A stretch of 64,000 bases of DNA from an uncultured Phycisphaerales bacterium (GCA_963758525.1 CAVWVQ010000003.1:4800001-4864000), one strand, 5' to 3'; shown: positions 10,706 through 19,714, counted from the stretch's first letter. The notes: generated by a model not told the origin, from the letters alone. Program-made: numbers and translations.

Positions 10706-11524
10706 ATGGCTGATAGACAACTCCCGATTCGTGTCTTGCCGATGAGTTCTAATGAACCAGAGTTTCAGGGCAAGACCGCGCAGGAGATACAAGCTGAATT
10801 CTTTCTCGGCACCCTTCGGACGAGTGAGGAACCGGGAAAATACTACTATCACAGCAGCGGCCTCGATGCGGACCCGGGAACCGTGGTTCTGTTTCAGTAT
10901 GAAGGCCAGATAATCGCCAGCGCCGTGTTAATCGGCATCGAGCGGTTTGATGAGACGGAAGAGGGGTATAGAGGGGCCTTTCAGTTTGACGTCGGCTCTA
11001 TCCGCGTGTTCGACCCGGTCAACGCGGCTCGGATGAAAAAGATCTGGCCAACGGATTTCAAGAAATTCAGTCATGCCAAGCCCTCGCTCGACCCAGCTGC
11101 TTATTCGAGATTCGAGCGGCAACTGACGGGCATTCAACTGACGCCAGAGCCAATATCGGAAGCCTCTGATCTTGCTGCTCCACCAGCGGATCGCGTTCAG
11201 ACAATGGTGACGCGCATCGTACGCGATACCCGGCTCACGAATCGCGTGAAGAGGTTGCACCAGTACGAGTGTCAACTCTGCGGCCATGCCGTCGCCCTTG
11301 CAAATGGCGAACTCTATGCCGAGGGGCACCATATCCAGCCGTTAGGCGCACCCCACAACGGTCCGGATGCCATCGCCAACATTGTTTGCCTTTGCCCCAA
11401 CCATCACGCGGCATGTGATTTTGGTGCATTGCGTCTGGACATGGCTCAATTGCGGCGCGTAGCAGGACACCACGTCTCTCGGAAATACATCGATTACCAC
11501 AACCAGGCGATCTGTCGTATCTGA
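10706..11524 (+). CDS. HNH endonuclease (McrA-like C-terminus) with possible PUA/EVE-like N-terminal domain
   Basis: RDTRLTNRVK..CQLC..YAEGHHIQPLG..GPD..NIVCLCPNHH..D; GGAGG RBS before ATG 10706. Confidence 0.85.
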   Translation: MADRQLPIRVLPMSSNEPEFQGKTAQEIQAEFFLGTLRTSEEPGKYYYHSSGLDADPGTVVLFQYEGQIIASAVLIGIERFDETEEGYRGAFQFDVGSIRVFDPVNAARMKKIWPTDFKKFSHAKPSLDPAAYSRFERQLTGIQLTPEPISEASDLAAPPADRVQTMVTRIVRDTRLTNRVKRLHQYECQLCGHAVALANGELYAEGHHIQPLGAPHNGPDAIANIVCLCPNHHAACDFGALRLDMAQLRRVAGHHVSRKYIDYHNQAICRI

Positions 11525-11913
11525 TACTTTAAGCGATGAAAATTTCGCACAGCCAATCCTGCACCGGCGTTGCCGCGAAACTGATTTGGATTGAGGCCAG
11601 CGGCGATTAGACCATTCCGCCAATTACCGTGGCGTAGGTGGCGGCGTGGTAAAGCGGCCTGTCTTCGCGTTGGACTGAAGAGGCGTTGATCGCCTGGCCC
11701 TCGCGTTGCCGCCATAGGATTGCAAGCGTGACGCCCACAGATGATGAAAGCCCCGGCTCGGAACAGGCCCAGCGGGTTCAAGGTGCATCAGCATGCATGG
11801 AGATTCATTCGCTGGGGCGGGCCTTCGGGGACGATGATGTTTCCCAGTTGGGAAATCGGCCGAAAGACCCACGAGTCGGCATAGTTCGTCTTCAGGATAA
11901 GGGCAGTTCGCAA

Positions 11914-12189
11914 TCAATGGCGTCCCCGTCGCCTCGCTGGTGTCAGTTCGGCAATGAACCGCGCCAGTTTCGTCGCCTCGCCCACGGGTTCTACCCCACA
12001 CGCCCGGCAAATCTGAATGAACTCCACGAGATCTACTCTGCGCTGCCCCGTTTCGATGCGCCCGACAAGGTTCTGCTCGCGGCCCAGGGCATCGGCCAAC
12101 TGGCGCTGTGTGAGGCCCGCCTGCCGCCGTAGTTCTTTCACCGCGGTGACGATTTCCCGGTGAGCAGCGGTGAAAAGCGATGCAGGCAT
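11914..12189 (-). CDS. XRE-family HTH transcriptional regulator
   Basis: LRRQAGLTQRQLADALG..VGRIETGQRRVDLVEF. Confidence 0.9.
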   Translation of the reverse strand: MPASLFTAAHREIVTAVKELRRQAGLTQRQLADALGREQNLVGRIETGQRRVDLVEFIQICRACGVEPVGEATKLARFIAELTPARRRGRH

Positions 12190-12220
12190 CGCCCAGCATG
12201 GTCATCGCACTTTCTGTTTG

Positions 12221-12235
12221 ATCGCAAAATGCGAT
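12221..12235. promoter_or_regulatory. Palindromic operator candidate upstream of the XRE gene
   Basis: ATCGCA-AAA-TGCGAT in the divergent intergenic region. Confidence 0.45.
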
Positions 12236-12400
12236 TGAGATATGCTTCGTGCGTCTACCTTCGCGCAACGTCCGCTGGAATCGAATGAACAAGCGGAACG
12301 TGCATCTTTTTTCGGGGAATGAGCATGGAATGGAGTCTCTGGGGTTTCATTACCTGGTGTCACGGGAAATATCGTCGGGGGGAAGGGTTGAGGGGCTTCG

Positions 12401-12943
12401 ATGCGTGAACAGCATGGCGGGCGGCAATACAACCGCGTGGGGGACACGGCGAAATGTCCGGCGTGTGGCTGGCGATTGGACCCGGAAGCATACCGCTGTC
12501 CGAAATGCTACATCTACTTCTGTTTCAAATGCCGGGCAAGGGTGGCGGAGCGGGAGCCACAATTTCAATGCGCGAATCAGCAGTGCTCGTGCTATGGCAA
12601 GCTCCTCTGTGCTGCCTGCACGGTCATGGTGCCGGAGTTCGAAGACATTACTCGAATCGCGACACCTCAGCATGTTGTCAAAACCGGTGACAACTGGGGA
12701 TTCGCAGCGTTGATCGCGCCTCTTATAGTCGGCGTCCTGATCTGGGTGGTATTTCCGTTCTGGGTTGGGATTGGAAGCGCAATTGGCGCGTTCGTCTTGG
12801 TGCTTGTCACACTCCGCAAGGCCGGATCCACTTGGTTTTCAAATACCAAATTGATACCGGCGACGATGGTTACAAGTAAGGAGAAGGTAGCCGAGCATCG
12901 TTGTTGCATTCAATGCAGACGTCCGAGCAAGACCCTGCGTTGA
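12401..12943 (+). CDS. Cys-rich zinc-finger membrane protein
   Basis: Many CxxC pairs (CPAC, CPKC, CFKC, CAAC, CIQC) flanking two hydrophobic helices. Confidence 0.7.
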   Translation: MREQHGGRQYNRVGDTAKCPACGWRLDPEAYRCPKCYIYFCFKCRARVAEREPQFQCANQQCSCYGKLLCAACTVMVPEFEDITRIATPQHVVKTGDNWGFAALIAPLIVGVLIWVVFPFWVGIGSAIGAFVLVLVTLRKAGSTWFSNTKLIPATMVTSKEKVAEHRCCIQCRRPSKTLR

Positions 12944-12958
12944 GCTGCGGAGGCCGAA

Positions 12959-13240
12959 ATGGGACGATCACGGAAGGGTGGACGAAGGAAGCGAGAATAT
13001 GGTTTCAGTGGGCCGCGGCATCGCTGGGCGTGGGGACCGATCACCAGAGGCGCAGGCATAAGTGGGCGCGAGAAGCGACAGTTTTTCAACCAGATCAGCG
13101 CCGCAATGATATTGGCAGCAGGGTTGGTGGGGGCGTTATTTGGCTATTCATTGCTTGGTTGGATCGGCGCTCTCATTGGGCTCGTCGTTGCTACAGGTCT
13201 TATGCGTACGTTCGTCGTCGGTGGGCGCTTTTATAGATGA
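12959..13240 (+). CDS. Small membrane protein
   Basis: Basic N-terminus and two Gly-rich TM helices; follows the previous gene by 15 bp. Confidence 0.55.
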   Translation: MGRSRKGGRRKREYGFSGPRHRWAWGPITRGAGISGREKRQFFNQISAAMILAAGLVGALFGYSLLGWIGALIGLVVATGLMRTFVVGGRFYR

Positions 13241-13416
13241 TGCAGCCTCCGAACCCATTCACCGCCGTCGCGGTCTCCCTATTTCCGTGGGCAAAATAGA
13301 TTCTCTCATCGAATTCTGGATCGTCCAATACCGGCGTGTGTTGACTCTGGAACAGCATAGCCCGAAGGCGGCCGTCGTGAGCCGTGGCGAATGCTGGCAG
13401 AATGCGGCAAGGAACT

Positions 13417-13467
13417 AAAAAAAGTGAGCGGCTGCCGGGTCAAAACCCACCAGCGAGAACGCTCACT
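13417..13467 (-). terminator. Intrinsic terminator closing the long minus-strand operon
   Basis: AGTGAGCG...CGCTCACT stem followed by T7 on the minus strand, just after the DUF4230 gene. Confidence 0.55.
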
Positions 13468-13484
13468 ATCAGACGGCTCTGTCC

Positions 13485-14105
13485 TCACATCGCCCACTCA
13501 ATGCTCACCGTCCATCCGAGGTTGCGCAGAAACGCAATGAGCGCCCCCTCGGTCTGCACACGGCAGCGTTGAATTAATTCAGGGTTTTGTCCCGCAACGT
13601 CCACGGCCTTCTGTGCCTCGCGCATTGCGCGGTTGATCGCGACGGCGTCAGCATCGCCGCCGCCCGGCGTGATGGCCCACAGCCCGCGCTCCCATACACC
13701 CACGAGCTTCGTCCGATCCTGGTCCAACCTGGCGGACTGCACCGTAGGTTGCGGTAGACGTAGGACCGCTGATCGGTTGTCGCGGTCCATTTGTTGGAAG
13801 CTCGCCGCAGACAAGTCCACACCCAGCGTCACATCTCCCCGCACGACCAGGACGGTTGTGATGCTCCCGGTTTTACCGGGCAGTTCGTTCACGATAGCGT
13901 CTGCTACATCCACACGCAGCGTCGTCAGCGACGAGAGCCCCACAATCTTCTCAATCGTCGGTGCGGAGTCCGGGGTTTGAATCTGAGTTGCCGGTTCCGG
14001 CGAGCGATTCCGCAGCTTCCACACCGCCATCGCCAACAATACCAGCGCCGCCAGAACCACTCCCCTCCAGAACAGCTTGATCACTTTTCTCCCTTCCGCG
14101 GACAT
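13485..14105 (-). CDS. DUF4230-family membrane-anchored protein
   Basis: N-terminal TM; LVVRGDVTLGVDLS..LRLPQPTV..AMREAQ..TEGALIAFL. Confidence 0.7.
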   Translation of the reverse strand: MSAEGRKVIKLFWRGVVLAALVLLAMAVWKLRNRSPEPATQIQTPDSAPTIEKIVGLSSLTTLRVDVADAIVNELPGKTGSITTVLVVRGDVTLGVDLSAASFQQMDRDNRSAVLRLPQPTVQSARLDQDRTKLVGVWERGLWAITPGGGDADAVAINRAMREAQKAVDVAGQNPELIQRCRVQTEGALIAFLRNLGWTVSIEWAM

Positions 14106-14262
14106 GCTCGACCGCGCGCTGGCGGTCCAGACACCCGATGAACGCCAGCAAGACATAGAACACGACTACAAACAAGATCACTGCTTTCATGCATGCTCCT
14201 TCCAAAACCAAAGCCCCCGGAAAGATCCGGCAAAGCCAGAACCATCCGGGGGCGCAGAACAC

Positions 14263-14505
14263 TTACAGTTTCAGCAAATGAGCCGTGAGCCAGATATTCT
14301 CCGCTGCGAGGGCCTCGCTGCGTTTGGCAAATGGTCCCAGCGTCGGACCATTCACGGGAGAAAGGTCCGCCCACCACCGACCGTCACGATCTGGCTCGAC
14401 ATGGCTCCCTCGCCGCACCTGAACATCGCCGAGGCAAGCGAGATCTATTTCCTCCCCGTAAATTGCCATACCTTTGCCGTCGGGTTTGATCACCAGTTCC
14501 ATCAC
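14263..14505 (-). CDS. Small conserved hypothetical protein (planctomycete MGE family)
   Basis: IYGEEIDL..RRGSHVEPD..WWADLSPVNGPTLGPF..RSEALAAE; start overlaps the upstream stop. Confidence 0.75.
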   Translation of the reverse strand: MMELVIKPDGKGMAIYGEEIDLACLGDVQVRRGSHVEPDRDGRWWADLSPVNGPTLGPFAKRSEALAAENIWLTAHLLKL

Positions 14506-15461
14506 GCCTCCCGGACTCTGCCCCGGAGAATGCGCCGGCGCGGCTGATCCACCAGCATCTGATCAAGGCTTGCCTGCACGCCGGAGAGTTGCGTTGTGAT
14601 GTGCTGGCGCAGACTAGAACTATTTCTGACGATGTGCGGATCGGCACCCTGCACGGCCTGCCGGGCGGTTTCCACCAGGCGGTCGAGAGACGCATCCGAG
14701 CTGACATTGAGGCTCTTGAACCGCTCGAAGAACTCCGTGAGGTTGGTCAGCGCAGTATCGCGGAAGATCTTCCGCTCGCCGTCAACGCCCTCGCGGAGGC
14801 GCTCGGTGAGATGTGACACGAGCTTCGAGAACTCGGTGATGAACGCCTCTTCCGCAAGCTTCACCGCTTCATCAAACCTCGCCGCGATACGCTGGCGCTC
14901 CTGCTGGTACAAATGAGGATTCAGCCGCAGCAGGTATTCCGGCGGCTCGACCGACGGGAAATCAAACTCCACCCCGAAGAGCCCGAGCAACGTGGACGGG
15001 TAGTCCGCCGGGTTGAACAGGCTGCCCAGCCGATCGCGGGCGGCGTTCCTGAGTTGCTCGAAATGCTGATCGAGATTCTCAACCGCGGCGGTTAGCTGAT
15101 CCCGCATCTCGCTCATGCGGGCGTTGAAACCCTCAAGGTCGTCCTGACGCATCAGCCGTATACCCGGCTCGGGGTATGGGATGGTCAGCCCCTTCCAGTA
15201 AGACAGGATCTGCGAGCGGATGCTCGTCACCTGCTGGAAGGCTTCGTGCTTGGTGTCGAGCAGCTTCTTGGCGGCGGAGAGGTATTGTCCCTCGGCGCCA
15301 AACTGTTCTGCGGCCTGGGCTTTCTGTTCGGTGCTCAATGATTTGCGGACGCCAAACCAGGTGAAGGCGACACGCACGGCAGCGAAGTGAAGGCGCAGCC
15401 GCTGGGCGGCGGAAGTTGCCGACGCGGAACGCCGGCTGGATCGTTCAACGGTCATGGTCAT
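14502..15461 (-). CDS. Helical protein, tentatively DUF3150-like
   Basis: AGGAG RBS; LSAAKKLLD..TIPYPEPG.RL..FNPADYP..FKSLN pattern. Confidence 0.6.
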   Translation of the reverse strand: MTMTVERSSRRSASATSAAQRLRLHFAAVRVAFTWFGVRKSLSTEQKAQAAEQFGAEGQYLSAAKKLLDTKHEAFQQVTSIRSQILSYWKGLTIPYPEPGIRLMRQDDLEGFNARMSEMRDQLTAAVENLDQHFEQLRNAARDRLGSLFNPADYPSTLLGLFGVEFDFPSVEPPEYLLRLNPHLYQQERQRIAARFDEAVKLAEEAFITEFSKLVSHLTERLREGVDGERKIFRDTALTNLTEFFERFKSLNVSSDASLDRLVETARQAVQGADPHIVRNSSSLRQHITTQLSGVQASLDQMLVDQPRRRILRGRVREA

Positions 15462-15593
15462 GTGATCTCCTTGTAAAAAACCGGATTTCATGCGAGCGGC
15501 GGCTCACAGGTTCGGGCACCTGAAGTCGTTCGCTCTGTCGTGGAAGCTCACGGAAATTGCCCCGATTGGAAAAGAGAATTACAGTTTTGGCGT

Positions 15594-15650
15594 CGGCGGT
15601 GTCCCCGGAGAAGGTTCTCCCCCCTTCCTTCTCCAACCGCCGTTTTTTTT
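15594..15650 (+). terminator. Hairpin with T8 tail, oriented antisense to the operon
   Basis: CGGCGGT..GGAGAAGG / CCTTCTCC..ACCGCCG followed by TTTTTTTT. Confidence 0.5.
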
Positions 15651-15690
15651 GCGCTATGCCGACCCGTCGAGTGAGCGACACCCGCTTTTC

Positions 15691-17190
15691 TCAGTTGGCG
15701 GTGGATCGTGCTACTCGTCGGATACTCGACGCCGGTTCACCGTTGTCACGGATGTAGATTCCCGGTCGGCTGGCATGCAGGCACCTGCCACTGGCCCAGG
15801 CCCGTAGCCGTTCCACCGATTCGGCGGCGCTGACAGACACCGGGACGACGTTGTGGGCAGCTTCCTTCAGGGGGATGTCCAGAAGGGCAGCCAACCGGCA
15901 GCAGGATTGAATTTCCGCCCCAGTCCAGCCCTCGTCGACGGGACGGGCATTGGCGGTTCCCGCAGTCAGGCCGTACTTGCTCAGATAGATCGGCCAGATT
16001 GCTTCACGCTCGGGCGCTGACGGCAGATCGATGTAGAAGATGCCATCGAATCTTTCCGCCCGCCCAAACTCCGGTGGCAACTTCGAGATGTCATTCGCGG
16101 TCGTCACGCAGAAAACATCGCTGGTGTGATCCGCCAGCCATGTGAGGAAACTTCCGAACATGCGGGCGCTCACGCCGCTGTCTGTTTGGCCGCTGGAAGA
16201 AACACCCGCGAATGCTTTGTCCAACTCGTCAAGATAAAGCACAGCGGGACTCATCGCATCGATGATCCGCAGCGCCTGTCTGACGCGCTCTTCGGTCTGG
16301 CCGACCAGTGAACCCATGAGCGAGCCGATATCGAGGATCAGTGTGGGCCGCCCGGTCTCATTACCCAGTGATTTGCAGAATTGCGATTTGCCACACCCCG
16401 GTGGCGAGAGGAGCAAAATTCCCCGCGCGCGAGCATTGGTTTTACGCCGGCTGGCGTTGATCGCCCGGGTGCAAAAGCTCTTGAGTGAATCCAATCCGCC
16501 GAGATCGGCGAACTTCTCGTCCCCGCGATGCAGCGAGAGCAGTCCCGACTTTTTGAGCATGCCGGTCTTCAGCTCCCAGATCGCTTCGGGCTGGAGCTTC
16601 CCGTGCCGCACAAGTGACAGGCTGTACGCGCCTTCGGCCTCAAACCGCGTGAGCCCCGATGCGGCATCGATAAGCCGCTGCAGGTCATCGCCGTTGGGCA
16701 TCTCGTCTTTTTCCGTTGCAATGCCACTGGCAATGGTCTGGAGCTGCTCGCGGTCGGGAAGCTCATGCTCCAGGACGACAAAGCTTTTCTCCAGCTCGAT
16801 GGGGATCTGCACGACGGGCGAGAGAATCACGATGAACGTGCGGTTGTTCTTGCCGGCCTGAATCTGGTGAGCCAGCGCCTGCACCAACTCAGCCGACTGG
16901 AGGAACCGATGGAAGTTGGGGAGTACCAGCAGCGCCGAACTGTCAGGCTTGGCAAGAGCGTTCAGCGTCCGGATGGCGGCGAGGGGGTCGTTCGCGGTAC
17001 CGGCGGGTGGGGTACCGGAACTGTTGCCGGCGTTCAGGCCGCGGTCGATATCCCACACCGCCAGGGACCACTTATTTTGGCGGGCGAGTTGGGCGATGTC
17101 GCGCAGGGCATCGTGATGTTCCGCCGACTGTATCCAGATGCCGGTGAAAGCAGCAGCGATGTATTCGGACAGACGTTGAGTTAGCGTCAT
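15691..17190 (-). CDS. Ycf46-like AAA+ ATPase
   Basis: Degenerate N-terminal AAA domain; LGGLDSLK, SPPGCGKS (Walker A), LYLDELDK (Walker B), TTAN..LPPEFGRAERFD. Confidence 0.88.
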   Translation of the reverse strand: MTLTQRLSEYIAAAFTGIWIQSAEHHDALRDIAQLARQNKWSLAVWDIDRGLNAGNSSGTPPAGTANDPLAAIRTLNALAKPDSSALLVLPNFHRFLQSAELVQALAHQIQAGKNNRTFIVILSPVVQIPIELEKSFVVLEHELPDREQLQTIASGIATEKDEMPNGDDLQRLIDAASGLTRFEAEGAYSLSLVRHGKLQPEAIWELKTGMLKKSGLLSLHRGDEKFADLGGLDSLKSFCTRAINASRRKTNARARGILLLSPPGCGKSQFCKSLGNETGRPTLILDIGSLMGSLVGQTEERVRQALRIIDAMSPAVLYLDELDKAFAGVSSSGQTDSGVSARMFGSFLTWLADHTSDVFCVTTANDISKLPPEFGRAERFDGIFYIDLPSAPEREAIWPIYLSKYGLTAGTANARPVDEGWTGAEIQSCCRLAALLDIPLKEAAHNVVPVSVSAAESVERLRAWASGRCLHASRPGIYIRDNGEPASSIRRVARSTAN

Positions 17191-17490
17191 GAAGCTTCTC
17201 CTTTGGATTGGGGGGCCTGGAAACGTGAGGAATCGATGCGAAACGATGTGCAAGCTGTAGCGGTGGCTGTCACACTGAACTGGATGGACCAGTCACTGCT
17301 ATCGAATAGTTGAACGGCGCACCCACCGGTAGTTGTGGTGTTCGGACAGCCGCTAAAGGTGATCGCGGCACTATCTGCGAGATTTGACAAAGCCGGACCG
17401 AAGAGCAATGTACGCACACTGCGTCGGGAGTTTGCAATCCGCAGCATCGCAGCTTGGAATCCCGTTCAATCTGCGGCCGAAAGGGAACGC

Positions 17491-18051
17491 ATGCGTAACC
17501 ACATAATTGCTGGCGTTATCACGTTGCTTGGCGTTGTTTGGACCACTGCAGGACTCGCTCACGGTCAAGCGAAACCGGAAGCGCAGCCAGGTGGTGGCCT
17601 GAACCAGTCAGAAGAATTGGCCAAGAAGTATCTGGACGGGTTCCGCGAGAGTGGCGTTCCAACTCCAGGATCGGTCGATGCGGCCCTGAAGCAGGCCGAG
17701 TCGAAGAAGACGATCGAAGCGTGGCAAATGGCGGCAAAGTTGGCGAACTCGTATGCCAACGTCGTGGATGTTTTGTGTGCCCACTACTCGAAGCTTTTCT
17801 CCGCATCACGTTCGGGCAGCGGTGACGGCAACATGGCCTTCATCTCGACCGCTGCCGATTATGAGACAAAGCGGAACGTTTATCTAGGCATTAGGAATGC
17901 GGCGTATCTTCGAATTGCGCGGCTGTATCTCGGACAAGGGGATAAGGCTCAGGCGTTGAGCTTCGCGGTCACATCCGTCGAATTGTCTGGCAGCGAACCG
18001 AACTTGGAAGGGGAAGTTTTGATTCGCCAGATCATTGAGTACAAGCCTTAG
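17491..18051 (+). CDS. Secreted helical (TPR-like) protein, inserted in opposite orientation
   Basis: Signal peptide MRNHIIAGVITLLGVVWTTAGLAHG; AYLRIARLYLGQGDKAQA resembles a TPR motif. Confidence 0.7.
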   Translation: MRNHIIAGVITLLGVVWTTAGLAHGQAKPEAQPGGGLNQSEELAKKYLDGFRESGVPTPGSVDAALKQAESKKTIEAWQMAAKLANSYANVVDVLCAHYSKLFSASRSGSGDGNMAFISTAADYETKRNVYLGIRNAAYLRIARLYLGQGDKAQALSFAVTSVELSGSEPNLEGEVLIRQIIEYKP

Positions 18052-18102
18052 AACGGCAATTGCGCGCGGATGTCATTGTAGTAAAACGAAGTGGTCGGTG
18101 TG

Positions 18103-18306
18103 TCAGCCATTGCCCTGACGAACGGATTCTTCGACGGCCTGGGTCTGATACATCTCGGCAGTGGGTTTGTCGGTCTGCACGATGCCCAGCGCCCGCTCGA
18201 TCGCTTTGCTGGCATCGCGGCAAGATGAGCCCCTGAATCCCTTCGTCTGGACCGTCATTTCGCCCGTGGGAGAAACAGTCACCTCGATGGTTTGATGGGT
18301 GTTCAA
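18103..18306 (-). CDS. DUF2997-family protein
   Basis: IEVTVSPTGEMTVQTKGFRGSSCRDASKAIERALG..PTAEMY. Confidence 0.85.
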   Translation of the reverse strand: MNTHQTIEVTVSPTGEMTVQTKGFRGSSCRDASKAIERALGIVQTDKPTAEMYQTQAVEESVRQGNG

Positions 18307-18671
18307 GCGGCACCTCCCACGCTGATTGTCAGCTTGATCGAGCCATCGGAGAGAAGCTGCTCGGAGATGCTGTTCCCGGCCCGGCGCGCTTCAATAGCCG
18401 CCTTTTCCACGGCGTACGCCTGGAGCAGCTTGTCCAACTCAGACTGAGCCCCCCAGCGCCCGTGGTAGTTGTCGAACTGGACGCCGCCGGTGGAACTATC
18501 AATCACAACTGGATAGTTCCAGCCGGGCAGCTTCACGATGAGCCCCGTCGCCTCGCCGGAGAAGAGCTTCGCCGTGCCTAAGAGGGGCTCGGGAAGTTTC
18601 AACCTTCGGCAGGCGGCAGACACGCCACCCCGATCAGTAAGTTTTGTCTTGATGCTCACGATATGGGACAT
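18303..18671 (-). CDS. DUF1257 (Ycf35-like) protein
   Basis: MSHIVSIKTKL..FDNY.G.WG..LLQAYAVEKA..G.SI.EQ...DGSIKL. Confidence 0.85.
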   Translation of the reverse strand: MSHIVSIKTKLTDRGGVSAACRRLKLPEPLLGTAKLFSGEATGLIVKLPGWNYPVVIDSSTGGVQFDNYHGRWGAQSELDKLLQAYAVEKAAIEARRAGNSISEQLLSDGSIKLTISVGGAA

Positions 18672-18737
18672 GAGTAGCACCTCTTTTTTAGGTTTGAAAT
18701 AGGAAGATCGCGACAACAGTCGCGAAATGTTTGGATT

Positions 18738-19124
18738 TCAAGAGAGCGTGAGGCGAGCGCCGCCGCTGGTCCTGTACACGATCCCGCCCTTGCGTCGCAC
18801 CGCGTACACTACCTGGTAACACTTACCGAAGACCTGCGCCCACTCTGCCATATTCCGCCGGACCGCGGCGGTGGGCTCACCGCACCAGAGGAGCCAGTTG
18901 TCTTCCGTCTTCTCGTACACGCAGAAGTGGAACGCCTTGAGTCTGGCGGCGGAGAAAAGCGCCTTCTTCGCCTCGTTGACCGCAACGTACGGACGGCCAT
19001 GCTCTTTTAGCTCGCGTTCAACGTCGGCGAGAAGCGAGCGCCGGTTGGGTCGGATCAATTGCACAGAGGGTTGTAGCTGTTCCTCCTTCGCCGGCAAGAG
19101 GGGCATCTGTGTCATTGGTGACAT
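18738..19124 (-). CDS. HYExAFE-like PD-(D/E)XK-fold protein, apparently degenerate
   Basis: PYVAVNEAKKALFSAARLKAFHFCVY resembles the PYVAVDEAKKALF..LKSFDFVVY motif as recalled. Confidence 0.5.
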   Translation of the reverse strand: MSPMTQMPLLPAKEEQLQPSVQLIRPNRRSLLADVERELKEHGRPYVAVNEAKKALFSAARLKAFHFCVYEKTEDNWLLWCGEPTAAVRRNMAEWAQVFGKCYQVVYAVRRKGGIVYRTSGGARLTLS

Positions 19125-19156
19125 GGTTGTATTTCTCCTTTCGGTTGGGGGCAGAG

Positions 19157-19714
19157 CTACTTCCGTTCGGGCAGGCGGTATTGCACGGCCTCGGCAACGT
19201 GGCTTTCCCCGATGCGCTCGCTCTGCTCCAGGTTGGCGATGGTTCGCGCAATGCGCACGACAACGGTGAACGCTCGGGCAGAGAGCCCAAGCTCCTCATA
19301 CGCTTGTTTTCCCAGCAGCAGGACACTGTCGGAGAGGAACATATCCGTGTGCTTGGCGCTCCACTTCACCGCCGCATCAACCTGTTTGCGGATATGGGCA
19401 GAGTCCGTGCCGGGGCGTTTGGAGGTGAGTTCGCGGTACGGAACTCTGGGCACTTCGACATAGATTTCTTTGCACAAGTGCTGCTGAAGCAACTGCGTGC
19501 GTCCCGGATCTTTCGGATCAATTGTGATTTCGTCGATTTCGATGGGTCTGATCTTTTTCGCGGCGTCCGCCAGCATCGTCTTGCCATTTCCGCTGGGGCC
19601 GATCAAGACGATGGAATGGTTGCCCGCAAGGGCGATGATCAAGGCCCGTTTGACGGCCTCTTGCGAGCGCACTTCCGCGAAGTCGGTAACGGGAAGATCC
19701 TTGTCTTCCGACAT
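19157..19714 (-). CDS. Miniature ComM/YifB (Mg-chelatase-like) ATPase homolog
   Basis: DFAEVRSQEAVKRALIIALAG..IGPSGNGKTML; VEVPRVPYREL; LGLSARA..RIARTIANL..HVAEAVQYR. Confidence 0.8.
   Translation of the reverse strand: MSEDKDLPVTDFAEVRSQEAVKRALIIALAGNHSIVLIGPSGNGKTMLADAAKKIRPIEIDEITIDPKDPGRTQLLQQHLCKEIYVEVPRVPYRELTSKRPGTDSAHIRKQVDAAVKWSAKHTDMFLSDSVLLLGKQAYEELGLSARAFTVVVRIARTIANLEQSERIGESHVAEAVQYRLPERK

Noticed and set aside
11525..11913. Possible ncRNA between the HNH and XRE genes
   Set aside because: Only weak local hairpins, with no recognisable family or clear long-range structure by eye.
13951..14189. Small hydrophobic ORF MKAVILFVVVFYVLL.. with a good RBS
   Set aside because: It overlaps the DUF4230 gene extensively in another frame; cannot decide between a real peptide, an indel artefact and noise.
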